A stretch of DNA of 64,000 nucleotides from Heteronotia binoei (Eukaryota). Below are positions 20,868 through 33,699 of this stretch, in pieces. Numbering within the stretch: the stretch's first letter is position 1; each line of letters begins with the position of its first letter. Under the pieces are notes generated by a model. That model saw only the letters and a list, made by a program, of their open reading frames with translations, had not been told where the DNA came from and made no database searches. The stretch spans positions 22,692,001 through 22,756,000 of the forward strand of contig NC_083228.1 of the NCBI RefSeq assembly GCF_032191835.1. The letters are read 5' to 3'. The position numbers and the translations under genes were made by a program.

Positions 20868-20944
20868 TTGCTGAGTAGACCTGCGAGGCAAGCTTTTCTT
20901 ATGCTTAGGATAGCCCTGTTCTCTTATAGCACAATCCTAAACGG

Positions 20945-21115
20945 CATAGTATCAGGAGGGTAGCTGTGTTAGTGTGTGGCGAAATTCCAGTCCAGTAGTA
21001 GAACCTTAAAGACCAGCACAATCTTCTAGGGTATAAGCCAGTTAAACCTTGCTCCATTTGACTCACAAAAGCTTATGCCCTAGAAAATGTTGGTCTTTAA
21101 GGTGCTACTGGAATT
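20945..21115. mobile_element. Penelope pseudo-LTR inverted remnant
   Basis: accttaaagaccagc..gggtataagc inverse to gcttatgccc..ggtctttaaggtgctactgg. Confidence 0.6.
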
Positions 21116-21371
21116 TTGTTCCTAAACAGAATTATACCTTTCTAAGCCTACTGACTTCAATAGATTTGGGCTGTAACTGCTTAGGATTGCACTTTTAAAC
21201 TCGTAACATATGACTATTACAGTTGCTAAGAATCTTAGCACTCCAATCCCAAAAACATTAGCTAGTGAAAGGTAGTTGTGCTTGATATTATGTATGCATG
21301 CTTACTCAGAAGCAGCCCTGCTGCATTCAGTGAAATTTACTCCCAGGTGAGTGGGCCTAGAATTGCATCAT

Positions 21372-21627
21372 CAGGGCTTTTTTGAGCAGGAATACAAAAG
21401 AACGCAGTTGGCTTGGCATCAGGGTCCAATATGCAAATGAGTTCCTGCAATATGCAAATGAGTTCCAATATGCAAATGAGTTCACAGCATAATGCACAGG
21501 GATTTTTTTTTTGTAGAAAAAGCCCAGCAGGAATCATTTGCATATTAGGCCGTGCCCCCTGACATCACCATTGTTTCACATAGGGCTTTTTTTCCTGCTG
21601 GGCTTTTTCTACAAAAAAAAATCCCTG
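21372..21627 (+). mobile_element. Octamer-bearing hAT MITE with internal inversion-duplication
   Basis: TSD TGCATCAT / TGCATTAT; triple aatatgcaaatgagttc; ~51-bp inverted repeat 21482-21533 / 21592-21642. Confidence 0.8.
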
Positions 21628-21641
21628 TGCATTATGCTGTG

Positions 21642-21755
21642 ATGGTGGAAAGTATCCATCAAGTCACAGCTGACCTAGGGTGACCCCGTAGGGTTTTCAA
21701 GGCAAGAGACTAACAAGAGGTAGTTCGCCATTGCCTGCCTCTGCATCGTAACCTG
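21642..21755 (-). mobile_element. 3' part of a 5S-derived SINE
   Basis: caagtcacagctgacc..ggttttcaaggcaagagac..gccattgcctgcctc. Confidence 0.65.
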
Positions 21756-22331
21756 ATAATCACAACTAATGTAAGCCCATTTAATACAGTTAACTTGCAC
21801 CAGAGTCGTTCCACCTAGATCAGTACAGCAATATGCAGAATTGTGTACAACCCCCACATGCTTTTTATAGTAGAGAAGGAACATGAGGAGAACAGGAACA
21901 GGCAAGCATAACTATGTGGGCGTGCTAGTAAATTTGTCAAAGAGAAGTAATAAATCATCACTAAAGATTTTTTTAAATGGTCATGACAGCCATATATACA
22001 TGGAAATTTATTTTCTCATTATGAATCCATCAGTACTCAATCAGCCAAACTTTCATGGCTTTATATTTTCCCTAAGGTACATTTATCTGGGAGCTGTTGA
22101 GAAGTTGTCAGAGAACACAAGAATGCAATAAAAAAAAGTATTAAAATTTGGATCTGTCTATTTTCCAGCTGGAAGCATCCTGGGTTGCTGTTTTCTTTTG
22201 CTCCCTGCTAAATTTTAATGTCACAGAGTATTTTGGGGGGCAAGAGCTTTTACTGTCTATTGTACTTTTATCCCATCCTCCCTCCAAAAAACTCAGAGGC
22301 GCATACAAAGTTCTCTCCTTGTCCTATGCAT

Positions 22332-22446
22332 AAAAGGTAAAGGTAGTCCCCTATGCAAGCACCAGTTCTTTCCGACTCTGGGGTGACGTTACATCATGAC
22401 GTTTTCACGGCAGACTTTTTACGGGGTGGTTTGCCATTGCCTTCCC
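22332..22446 (-). mobile_element. Sauria SINE 3' end
   Basis: aaaaggtaaaggtag is the reverse of the (ACCTTT)n tail, followed by the conserved body. Confidence 0.85.
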
Positions 22447-22709
22447 TATGCCCTAGGCATACTAGCAACCAATGTGTCAATAAGGACACAGCATGATGCT
22501 TCATGCATTTGCTTCTCTGTGTGTGGGGTTGCAGTATATAAACAAAAAAATAAGCCCCCAAAGTATCTTATAATCATAAGCAAAGATAATTGTTTAGAGC
22601 CTCCTTCAGCACAAGGGTCCAACACAGGTAACATTAATAACCATTAAGTAACATTGGTTAAGCCTACTTTTTCCCTAACAATCCCACCCCTAGACACCAC
22701 AAGGCCATC

Positions 22710-23430
22710 TGAACCAACAAGTGTTCTACAGGCCTCAGATTCAGCAGGAGCTCACAGAAGCACAGCTCCTGAACCTTTCTGATGGTTTCCCCTTTTCCTC
22801 CCCACCTACCTTGTCCATTTAATAATAGGTGCAGCTGCATAACAATCCTTGCATTAGGAAAGCGGGCAGCCAGCCAGCCAGCCATCAGGAGCTTTGCCAT
22901 GCCCCCAGCAGCTCTCATTAACCCCTGGAGAAGCCCGCACCACCCTTTCTCCGCTTCTTATGTGATTTTGGGTGGCAGCTGGCTTGCTGGCCTTTTGACT
23001 GGGGGGGTGGCGGCCCAGAAGAGTCCCAGGCGAGCGAGGCCTGCTTGGGCTGGCTGGATCTCACTTGTCAGGGACTCTCCTTTCTTGCATCAAGTTGCTT
23101 TTGGCTGAGGGAGGGCGGCATATGCTAATGACTTATGCTAATGAGCTCCATCACCTATTTTTCAGATCACACAGGGGGAAAGGAGAATGATGTAAACTGC
23201 TTTGGTCCCCCCCCCCACTGTGAAGAAAGACTGTCATTTTCCTATGTAGAGGCTGTAGGGAGGAGGAAGGCAATGGAAACCTGAAGTCAGAAGGGCAGAT
23301 AAAGCAGGCCTCACTCGCCTGGGGCTCTCCTTTCTTGCATCAAGTTGCTTTTGGCTGAGGGAGGGTGGCATATGCTAATGAGTTATGCTAATGAGCTCCA
23401 CCACCTATTTTTCTACAAAACGACCCATGG
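22710..23430 (-). mobile_element. hAT MITE pieces with ATGCTAATGAG subterminal motifs (two partial copies)
   Basis: Direct repeat ctctcctttcttgcatcaagttgcttttggctgagggaggg..atatgctaatga..tatgctaatgagctcca at ~23075 and ~23325. Confidence 0.6.
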
Positions 23431-25249
23431 TTCTACTATTCATTATTAAAGGGAATTGCTGATTCACACATTATAGAACATACAGGCTGGGTTTATTTAT
23501 TTATTTATTTATTTGAGATTTATATCCCGCCCTTCCCACAAGTGGCTCAGGGCGGCTTCCAAAATTGATCAAACATGAAAATTAAACAATTTTAAGTATT
23601 AAAAACAATTAAATATTTAAGCAATTAAAACCTTAAAAACCAGAGTGGGGGTTCCCACTCTGTATTACAGACATGAATTGCAGTTTCCCCTCAAATTCCT
23701 ATATGTGTGGTGCCTGATTAGCATAGGGATCACAGTGTGTGAAGAGAAGGGGATTTGGTCTCTCCTCTGTGCTGTTTTCTGATCTCTTTGCCTGGAATAC
23801 ACATGCGCGCTTGAACTCTTGTCAAGTTCAAATTCAACATGAATTTATTTTGCATGTTCTTTTTTGGGGGGGAGGGGGTGTTCCCTATTCTCCAAGTTCA
23901 AATTACATCAAAGGCAAGAGCCTTCTAGCTGCAAGGAACACAAAAGGAAATTAGGGAATGTCAAACCAGAGGGCTATTAGATATGCTGAACTCTTCCCAG
24001 TCTCATAAGTGGCCAGATGTCTCCAATCAAACAGGCCTTCCTTTGAAAGTTTTTCTGGCACAAAATAGATGGAGAAGTCATCCCACCCCCAAGCATGTCT
24101 GCTTATTGTGAAAACAAAATCTGGCAACATATGGACTTGATTACACTGAAGATGCCCTGTTCTCCAGCGTCACTGGACAGCGGAGACCAAGAGGTTGCTC
24201 ACAATCATTCATGATTTGGCAAACAAAGATCTTGTTCAAAATTTCCACGCACTTAGTGGTTTATTCCGGCACAGGTCTTGAAAAACATCTCATGCTGTTA
24301 GATGGTATATGAAATCTTCAATAATTAATTGCATTAGTACGCTTTTCTGGTGCAGGGATGCCTCACCAGCTCTTTGAACTTCTTGGAGAAGGGAATTTAT
24401 TTTGCATGTTAAGTTGGGAGGGAGGAAGATGCCAGTGACAGAATCTGCTGATGTTTCCTCTGCATATTTTCACACACACAACTGTAAATATAAAACAGAT
24501 CAAACAGCAGTCGAACAGATGCCAGAAAGAGGCAAGCTAATGGGAACCTCACTTTGGAATGTGTGTGTGTTGCAGCGCTTTGTGCCTGTTTTGTGCCATT
24601 TGGAAACCAGTGACCAATCCAGTAACTTCACTGCAGGCAAATGCATCTCATCCACAGGGATTTTGTACGTGTCACACTCAAGGTTCGAGGTTGCTGCCTC
24701 ACAAGCCTTACTTGCACGAGCAAACCTATTTGTACCAGAAAATTGGCGGAATATGGCAAGTTTGCATGGGGAAAAAAAGATACAGGAACAGGCTGTCAAG
24801 AAGAAATATTTTTCAGTGGGTAATTGGGTGAGAAAAGTGCAGAAAACTGACACGCTAGCTCCGTTACAGCTTTTCAGAGGGAGTTTAAATCAGATTTAAA
24901 TTGCGTGTGCATAGACCTTTTCTTAACCCCTTGCAAGAGAAGTAAATTTTATTTTATTCTTTGTAGCCTATCTATCTCTGTCTATTACTAATGTGGTCCT
25001 GGTTCATGGAAGAAGAAAGGGTGGAGAGCAATGAAAGGTATGATTAGCTGCAGAAAGTGATTCCTGTCCACATGGCTTTACTCCTTACTAGGATACATGC
25101 ACTATAAAAACTGAGTGTTAATGTCAGTCTGGCTGTAGTCTCTGAAAGTACCAGATGGTTGCATTCAGAGAAAGAACTTATGTAAGTCCACCTCTTGTTT
25201 CTTTTCTTTTCTTTCACCATGGGGGAAGACGTCAAGCATGATGGAATAT

Positions 25250-25490
25250 TTTCTCAAGCAAATGTTGACTACTCTAGCCATCTTTAGGGGGATGGATAAT
25301 TTCTAGACCCATTCCAATAGATTCAGGCTTGAGTTTGGGAGGGAAACAGCTATGGTTGTCCTGATTGATCATCTTTACCGGGAGAGTGAAAAAGGAAGTG
25401 TGTTCCTGTTGATTTTTCTGGACCTCTCAGTGCTTCAGTGCTGTCAACCCTGGTATCCTTCTGGAGAAGTTAGATAGGCTGCTCGTTCTG
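25250..25490 (+). mobile_element. L2 reverse-transcriptase fragment
   Basis: Degenerate LDPFQ..GF...ETA.V.L.D.L....LIFLDLS motif order. Confidence 0.6.
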
Positions 25491-26034
25491 CTTTGAAAGC
25501 AAGTCCCACATTGAGTCTCCACCAGTTAGAGATCAGGTAGTAGATGTGAAAGATCTCCACATGAGATCCCCAACAGCCATGGCCAGTCAAAGAAGACAAT
25601 TCTGACCATGATAGCCTAGTGTTTATGGAATTTATGGAAATTGAACTCATGAACCCAGGGTGCGAAAAGACAAAACAAGAGGAAGAGAACAGAGATAACT
25701 TTTTCCCCTGACCCATAATACCAGAACTTGGAACCAATGCTCCCTGTGACGGAACCGGCCCGATTTGACCTTCAGACCCAGTCCCGTCAACTCCCTTTTG
25801 GGTTGCCAACTCCTGGAGGGAGCTAATGTTCTTCCTGCCGCTTGGATGCAGTGCCACTATCTGCTCAATTTAGGGATTCCTGACTGAGAGGAACAGGACT
25901 CCCAATCCCCTGGGAAGGAAGGGAAAGAGCCAGAGCTTCCTTTGCCTAGTTCCCTTGATCACACAGGAGAGATACAATATCTTTAATTGTGTTTGCTTTA
26001 TAAAGTTTATACCTCGGTTGCTTGTCATTACATT

Positions 26035-26285
26035 GTACTAAACACATGGCCTGGCCCAACAAGGTCTCATTTATGTCAGATCCGGCCCTCATAACTAATG
26101 AGTTCAACACTCCTGCTCTAAGCTATGGAGTTTTGTGAGCAAAAATTCTGCTTTGTGAGCTACTGGCATTAAAGCTGTGAGCAAGCGATTTGGCTACTGC
26201 GTAAATTACAGCTTGCTCTGGGGCCATCCTTCCTGAGCTAAGACAAAAATGTGTGAGCTGGAGGCTAAAAAACTGAGCTACCACC
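26035..26285 (-). mobile_element. Adjacent partial hAT MITEs of two families
   Basis: gtcagatccggccctcataactaatgagttcaacactcctg end, followed by the body of the CAGTGTTCCCTCTAAGCTG family. Confidence 0.6.
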
Positions 26286-26309
26286 CAATGATGTTGATGG
26301 CACTATAGT

Positions 26310-26640
26310 CAGGTAAGACAAAAGGAAACACTTCACTTGTTGAGTGAAAAATTCACTGCTTATGTAATGATGGCCATGAGTACAAAAGGCTTTAAAAGGC
26401 AATTAGACAGATTAAGGGAGGATAGATTCATCCATGGACAGTAGTTATGGTGACTACAGGAAACCTCCATATTCAGAGGCAGGAAACCTCTGAATACCAG
26501 TCCTGGGGTGTAACATGAGAAGAGGCCATTGCCTCTATCCCCATTTGTTGGTTTCTAGAGCAACTGGTGGGCCACTGTGTGAAACAGGACACTTGGACTA
26601 GTGGGACCACTAGTCTGGTCCAGCAGGGCTCTGCATTCAT
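26310..26640 (+). mobile_element. CR1 3' end fragment
   Basis: ttaaaaggcaattagacagatt..ggactagtgggaccactagtctggtccagcagggctc. Confidence 0.6.
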
Positions 26641-27289
26641 CATGAAGTGTAATGAGCCAGCAAAGTTAATTTTAGCTGAACAACCAAATAGAAAAAGGAG
26701 GCAAGGAGTAAACATTTCTCCCTCCTGGAATTGTCTGACATACTTAATTCTATAGATCTTAAAATTAGGCTTAGAGTGAAAGAATGGCACAAGCATAGCT
26801 TGATCAAAAGAAACAGATTAATGGATCTGTCTGAGAGTTTCTCTCTTGGCTGAAATATGTCAAAGAGAACAAAGACAAGGTTTGGTGAACAGCCAAAACA
26901 GTTCTACTAAGAATGGTTCACATAGGGTTGCCAGTTTTCTTTTTTTACTGGCAGGGTTTCTGCTTTTTCACAGCTATGTGGCTTGCAGAAATTCAGCAGG
27001 TAGGACATTTTGTGGCCATGCAGATGCAATTATGGAAAGATTCCCCAACTGGATTTCCTTCTCTTGTGCAACTGTTAAAGCAACCAGGAGACCTGTTTGA
27101 AAAACATTTCTTGATCCTAGGAACATACAGCTCTGTTATTTTTCCAGGGTGCATGGAATTTGCACATCAGAAGCCTACAAGCAACACAACAACCATGTTG
27201 ATCCAAATGGAAGATTGGAAGAGTAAGCAGAAGACAGTCAAATGAAAGGAATACTGTACACATTAAATACCATCCCTCTTTAGGTGCTT

Positions 27290-27382
27290 CCACACAGGGC
27301 CCAGCAGGAACTCATCTGCATATTAGGCCACACCCCTGACTCCAGGCCTGCCGGAACTGCATTCCTGCTCAAAAAAGCCCTG
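27290..27382 (-). mobile_element. Partial octamer-family hAT MITE
   Basis: cagcaggaactcatctgcatattaggccacacccc..aaaaaagccctg. Confidence 0.65.
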
Positions 27383-29158
27383 CTTCCACACAATTTTTCT
27401 CAGTCTTCGTGCCTAAACTTGAGCACCATTTTGGGGAGCATTCACATGACCGTTTCCTCTAACCATTCATTGATCTTCTTCATATTTGGCATGCTCTTTG
27501 TTAAACCTGGGTTGCATCCACACAACGAAATTTTCCATCTGGCTTTCATGGCTGCTATAAATGCAGAGGCATTTGCACTGGCAACAGAGCATCCAAAGGG
27601 CATGATACAACAGTAAATCAATAGACTGCTATTAAATCACTGATTAAATTTTAAAAAAAAACCTGCCAGGGGAGCTTGCTATGTTGAAGTCTGGTCACCA
27701 CTGTGCTGTATTGGCAGCGACAGCGACGGAAACTGTATCAGCCTGTCCCCATGTAGAAAACCCAATGGTTATGGGTGAGCTTGCTGTCAGTTTGACCTGA
27801 CCCCACAGCAGCAATGCTTGGGCTTTGCCAATGCCAAGACAGCCTGGCAGATACCAAAAGGTAAACCACAAAGTATAATACCATAAACAAGGTCTTAGTA
27901 AATAACTCAGTCGCAGTATTCATTTTCTCTTCAGATTCAGAAAATGGGGATCAATTAGGCAACCAGACTGGCCAATGCCAGCAACAGAACCATCTACTGA
28001 CAGCAAAGGGTTACCTCTCGGGAATAATTGCTGTTCACAGAAAGGTGGGGTGCTGCTGACGTACTTGGACTGACATAACACTGCTGGATTGTTAGTGCTC
28101 TATGTGCTGCCTTTTTGTTGTCTTGACAACAGAAATGATTGGGGGGGGGGAGCCGCTTCTCGTTTCCCCCCTTTCCTGTTAGCAAACTCCCTTGAACATT
28201 GTGACATATAAGCTTTTTAACAATTAACTTGAATGCACAACATTTTCCTCTCCTCTAAAAAAAACAACAAAGCAGGCTAAATGTAGGCAAACCGATGAAT
28301 GACAGGACAGACCCAGTACATACAAGTAGATTCACATTTCTGGCTACTCATAGTGTGATCCTAAGTGGAATTACATCCTTATTGATCCCCTGAAGTCAAT
28401 GAGGGGCGCAACTCAGCTTAGGAGTCAGGATTGCACGGTCAGATTCTCCAGCTTGGTTGTCTTGAAGATTGTTATTTGGGTTTGTTCTTTGTGCATCACC
28501 ACTTTTTTGACATTTCAGACATCTTACTTTCAAAATAGTTAAGAAGCTTCAAGATAAAGAAGGCCAAAACAGAAATGTCAAACTTCCATTTCCCTCAAGA
28601 AGACTAAAAAAGGAACAATTTTTTTTATTAGTGAAGTGCCAAAACAGCACTTGTGTAACTTCTTCACTGATGCTAACGGCAGATGATATTTAAAAAGATA
28701 CGAAGCACCATTAAGGCAAAGACTGAATCGAGAAGAGGGATGCATTTTATGTCTTTCTGGCCTGGGATTCCAGTGGTAAGAATGAGCATGTGCCTATTTT
28801 TTTTTAATCACAAAACATTCCAATTGTTCTTTCTATCAAGCAGCTATAATGTTGGTAGTAGGTTGTTATATGCATTTAAGGGAGATCAGCTTTGGAATTT
28901 TACACATTAACTGATAAGTAGATGGTACTTGCTGATCCATGCCTGTATTATTTTGCACACCCAAAAACACTCAACAGAATCCCAAAACTATGGAAGTTAT
29001 ACAGCAACTAATAAAAAAACAAAGATAATGATAACATGACGCAGAAGATAAACCGTAAGAACATTGTCAAAGACAGATGATCATATGTGCTCATTAAGAA
29101 ACCTGTACACATCCAAGGAACAAACCATGTGCATAGCAATCCTTAACAGACACAGCAC

Positions 29159-29374
29159 CAATGTTCCCTCTAAGCTGAATTAGTGCGAGCTAGCTCACAA
29201 TTTTTTAGCCTCCAGCTCATACATTTTTGTCTCAGCTCAGGAAAAATGGCCCTAGAGCAAATTAATTTATGGAGTAGCTCGCAACTTTAATGCCGGTAGC
29301 TCACAACTTTAATGTCAGTACCTCACAAAGTAGAATTTTTGCTCACAGGACTCCACAGCTTAGAGGGAACACTG
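29159..29374 (+). mobile_element. hAT MITE (CAGTGTTCCCTCTAAGCTG TIR)
   Basis: Perfect 8-bp TSD CACAGCAC at 29151-29158 and 29375-29382. Confidence 0.9.
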
Positions 29375-29940
29375 CACAGCACCACTGGATAAGAATCCAG
29401 ATATTGGGCTGCCGCTTTGTCCTACAAATTTTTTCACTAGCAAAAGCGGGAGGAGAGGGACAGGACCCTGTTGACTACCCAGAAGGCTATTTAAAAATCA
29501 AAGGCCTTGTGTAGGCAAAAGCCACATTGGTGAGCAGTTACAAGGAAGAAGGAAAGTGGAAGAGATCAAGTGGGAACACCAATAGAATCCAACCTATCTC
29601 ATTTTGACAGAGAACTTCCTCAGTGTGGTGTTTCAACTTGTAAAAATTGTGTGTTCTTTTTAATTTCTGTGTTTTAATATGGGGGTTTATAGGTATGGTT
29701 GCTGTGGTTTAAAAAGACAGGCCTCTAGAGTTAAGAAAGGGTAGGCTGGATGGATGATTGAAACGTGTTATAACTGGATGGTAGCAGTACCCTAGAAGGC
29801 AGAGTTGACTGGTTGGTTCAGAGAGGCTTTGTGTGAGAGAGTGCAAAGCTAGGGGGAAGTGTGTATAGGGGAGGAGGGACTTTTTTGCATGTCTTATTTT
29901 TGTTGCTTGTGTGCCCATACTTTTCTCTTTTCCACACGTG

Positions 29941-29961
29941 TTTGGCTCCATCTAGTGGTCG
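29941..29961 (-). promoter_or_regulatory. Candidate CTCF site between the divergent promoters
   Basis: Minus strand cgaCCACTAGATGGAGCca fits the CTCF core with one weaker position. Confidence 0.4.
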
Positions 29962-30056
29962 CTTTGGTATTTCATCACTGTATTTCTGGTTCATTTCCCT
30001 GCACTTTTTAAGTGCTCAGGAATAAGCTGGTGATACATCAATGAAATACTAAAATG

Positions 30057-30214
30057 CAGGGCTGGCCCTTCCACTAGGCAAATTAGGGCGCAAGGCTAGG
30101 GAGCACCAAATTGGGCATCCCCCCACTCCCAGTGCCCTAGGGAAATGCCCTGGCTTGTGCACCAGCCAGCTGGCTTCACTTCACCTCCCTTCTGATGCCC
30201 TAGGACCAGCCCTG
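30057..30214. mobile_element. hAT MITE (CAGGGCTGG TIR)
   Basis: cagggctggccc...ggaccagccctg; flanks CTAAAATG / CTTAAGTG. Confidence 0.7.
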
Positions 30215-30519
30215 CTTAAGTGAGCACTACAGTGAGCAAAACACACATAGAAAAAGGGGGGAGGACACAACACAATACAGGCACACAAGTGGCAAAATAA
30301 CACACGTGGGAAAGCCCTGTATTGATTAAGGAGCTGTAGAGTGTGAGAGAAATCTGTGTTCTTTATGGAAGTTATTAGCCTAAGCAGCAAGTGAGAAAGT
30401 AAGCCCTTATAGCTAGGACTGTTTAAGGAACTTTAGAGAAAGGAGAACTGTACCTATTTAAAACCATTATGCTTATGAACCTCATTTTCAACTATTACAC
30501 TGTTAAACATCTAAATCTA

Positions 30520-31078
30520 GTACACTGTTAAACATGCAACCTGTGGGCCAGATCAGGCCTCCAGAGAGCTCCTATCAATCCTGCAAGTAACTCATTGCTG
30601 TCTGCTTGCTTTGCCAGGCTTGATCAATCAAGCTACAGAGCAAAGACTCTATTTTCTTCATTGACTGACCAGCACATGAAGCAACTTATGTATAAAAGCT
30701 TGCAATGCCCAGCCATTTCATATTTTCCTCTTAGGATCAAAGCGCTGATCATGAGATTTCTGTAATGAATGTCAGTAAATCAAAAGTAGGTTTGCCGCTT
30801 ACATACACACTTGAACAATGCCTGAACAGCATACTTAAGATTGCAACAGCATAGTGCCTCCAGATTTTGATGTAATAATTCAAAGCAAGAGGTTTCAGTT
30901 ATCAGAGATAAACAAAATATTCCAAAAGTGCTAATATTTTAAGTGTGTTTCAAGTTTAAAAAAAAATTTGTAAGGTTTATATATTTGCTACCTGGCATTA
31001 CATTTAATGACACTCAGGGTCTCAAGGTCTCAGTTACGTCAAATCTGGCCCACATAACAAATGAATTTGACACCCCTG
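30520..31078 (-). mobile_element. hAT MITE (CAGGGGTGTCAAAC family)
   Basis: Ends ggcccacataacaaatgaatttgacacccctg; inverse relative at 32796. Confidence 0.65.
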
Positions 31079-32004
31079 TAAAATAAACTACATTTATGAA
31101 AAGAATGTTTTTATTTAAAATAAAGATCCACTTTGACCTCAGTCACCTGCCCCCCATTCTGTCATTCTACTAAATATAATTAAACCATCCTGTTCTTTGG
31201 GTCCTACAAAGAATTCTAAAGCAAGAGCCTTTGGTGGCAATGAAAATAAGTCAGTAACATTAAGGAAGGCAAGGAGGCAGCATAACATATGTCACATCAG
31301 AACACTACACTGTGCTACATATAAGGGACTTCAGAAGAGTTTTTAAAAATCACACTCAAGTTATTCCTTTTAAAGAAATATAGTTTCTTCAAGGATTACT
31401 AAAGCCCCTACAGAGGCCTATGAATCTTCTATTACCTATCTTCCAAGGTCAAGATGTCAAAATTGCAGAATGATTACAAAAACAGCTAAACTTCAGAATC
31501 TTATAAAATTCAATTTCTGAAATAAGCTTCTTGTCAATACAGCTGAATTTTTGCAGTCAGCAGACACCTATCCACACCAACAAATACAGAACATATTTTG
31601 AATGACCTTATCATGCTTTTTTTTAAAAAAGGGAAAGCCCTGCTTACAAATATCTTCTGATACGTGAAATCATTGGAGAACAAAAATTCTATACAATGAA
31701 TATATTTTCTTTCTTGTTTTGTTAGCTATTGGCTATATATCTATGTTGACGAAGGAATGTCTTTAATATTTGTAAAGCTGCACTATACGTGTTTTTGGTA
31801 AAAAAAAATATATCTGTATTTCCCCCCTTTTATTCTAATCTGTATCCCCCATAAAACTAAAATAAAAATCTATTAAACCCCCGCTTCTCCAAAAAAACAT
31901 TTTATACAATGCATCTGTGCTATGCAAATTTATATTTATACATTATTGGAGTTTTCAGACTTAAATTTTGTCCTCCACTCTGTTGAATGTTATTTTTGTT
32001 TATT

Positions 32005-32006
<2 letters not shown>

Positions 32007-32072
<66 letters not shown>
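32007..32072. repeat. (AAT)n microsatellite, about 22 units
   Basis: Direct reading. Confidence 0.97.
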
Positions 32073-32073
<1 letters not shown>

Positions 32074-32193
32074 GGAATCTTTCATTGCAAAGGCTGCAAT
32101 TAAACATCCTCTTCTATTCTCTTTTCCTCTTCTTTATATTTGCCAAGTGGGGGAGAAGCAGCATCACAAAGATGGAGTGACTCTACTCCAGGT

Positions 32194-32375
32194 CAGGACC
32201 AGATCTACATGTTTTTTGAGGGCAGGGGACAAAATTAAAAAATGATGCCCCCTTGTGGGCCATTCTATCTTATGGGCCCATAGAACAGAATGGACTCCAT
32301 ACAAAATTTGGTGCCCCCCTCTCTGGTGGCACCCAGGGCAAGTGCCCCCTCTGCTCCCCCCTAGATCCAGCCCTT
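32194..32375. mobile_element. hAT MITE (CAGGGCCGGATCTA-type TIR)
   Basis: caggaccagatcta / tagatccagccct; TSD CTCCAGGT / CTCCAGGC. Confidence 0.75.
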
Positions 32376-32795
32376 CTCCAGGCTTAAGTGTAGCTTTCTC
32401 TTCCTAGGAATTAGAGGTATTTCTAAAATTCCAGACCTTTGAGGTAGTTTCCTGGTGAATCATTTAGTGAGGGTAGCCCTAATCACATCAAAGGCATTTT
32501 TCCTCAGCTTCTTTCTGATTCCCAGGATTTTATCTGCTGATAAAACTTTCCAACAATATATCATCACTTTAAAAAAAAAATAGTTTCAAATCAACTCCTT
32601 CAAGTTATTCACCTGTTCCACTGCAATGTTGACATCCCAATCTTGAATTCTGCTACAGACCCCAAATTGCTTGATTTTGCAATTATGCCACTGAACAAGA
32701 GTTAAGCAGCATAAGGATTTTACTATTGAGATGCTACCTGCAGAAATGCTTTTCCATGCTTTACTATTGATGCATTTTGTGTGTATCCCTTAAAA

Positions 32796-33346
32796 CAGGG
32801 ATGTCAAACTCATTTGTTATGAGGGCCAAATCTGACATAAATGCGACCTTGTCATAAAATGCAATGCTAGGTAGCAAAGATATAAACTTTATCAAGAACA
32901 CAGATAAATACAATTTTAAAATTAAAAAAACCCCTGAAAACATGCTTAAAACATTAACGTTGATTTTAAAGGTGCTTTCTTTGTATCCCTCCCATGGGAT
33001 CCAGGGAGCTGGGCAAAGGAAGCTCTGTCTCTTTCCTTCCTTCCCCAGGGGATGAGGGAGAGAAGCCTCAGCCAACAGAAGGAAGAGAGGCTTAGCTGAG
33101 TAGCTCTGCTGTGCGATTGAGAGAGCCTGGCAAAGTGAGCTATCCCTCCTCCCCTTCCTCCCCAAGGGAGAAGCCCCAGCCAATAGAGAAAACAGAGGCT
33201 TTGCTCTGTAGCTCCTGTGCAATTGAGCAAGCCTGGCAAAGCAAGCAGTGATGCAGAAGGATAGCAAGAGAGGGAGAAGGAAGTAGATGACAGCTAGTTG
33301 CTCAGGGGCCTGATTCAGCCCCAGGGCTGCATGTTTAACACCACTG
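32796..33346 (+). mobile_element. hAT MITE (CAGGGGTGTCAAAC family)
   Basis: cagggatgtcaaactc...gtttaacaccactg; TSD CCTTAAAA / CCTTAAAG. Confidence 0.8.
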
Positions 33347-33699
33347 CCTTAAAGAGTTATCATTTAAAGAGTGTTAATCCACCCCCCTCCCAAAAAAGGA
33401 CCCAAAGCAGGCTATAGTAACTTAAACTATTGAAGGCAGAATAATACAACCACAATATTTAAAAAAACCCCAAAAGATATCTGAAAAATCATTATACAAT
33501 ACCATTATATAACCTAAAACCTCTCCAGAATAGCTGTTTCACAAAACTTAAGAGGCTGGGCAGGTGCTCTCCACAGTTTCCAGAAAAGCCCAAGGCTGAT
33601 CAAAGCAGATTTAACTTGCCTCCAAGAAGGCACTATTGGAAAGTTCACCACGGGATCACCACGGGAAGAGCCCTGTAATCTCTTGGCTACATGGTGTGT

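Noticed and set aside
25444-25857. 137-aa minus-strand ORF
   Set aside because: GTG start, no motif recognised, overlaps an L2 fragment; no supporting splice or promoter signals.
31968-32180. Poly-Asn ORF
   Set aside because: Translation of the (AAT)n microsatellite.
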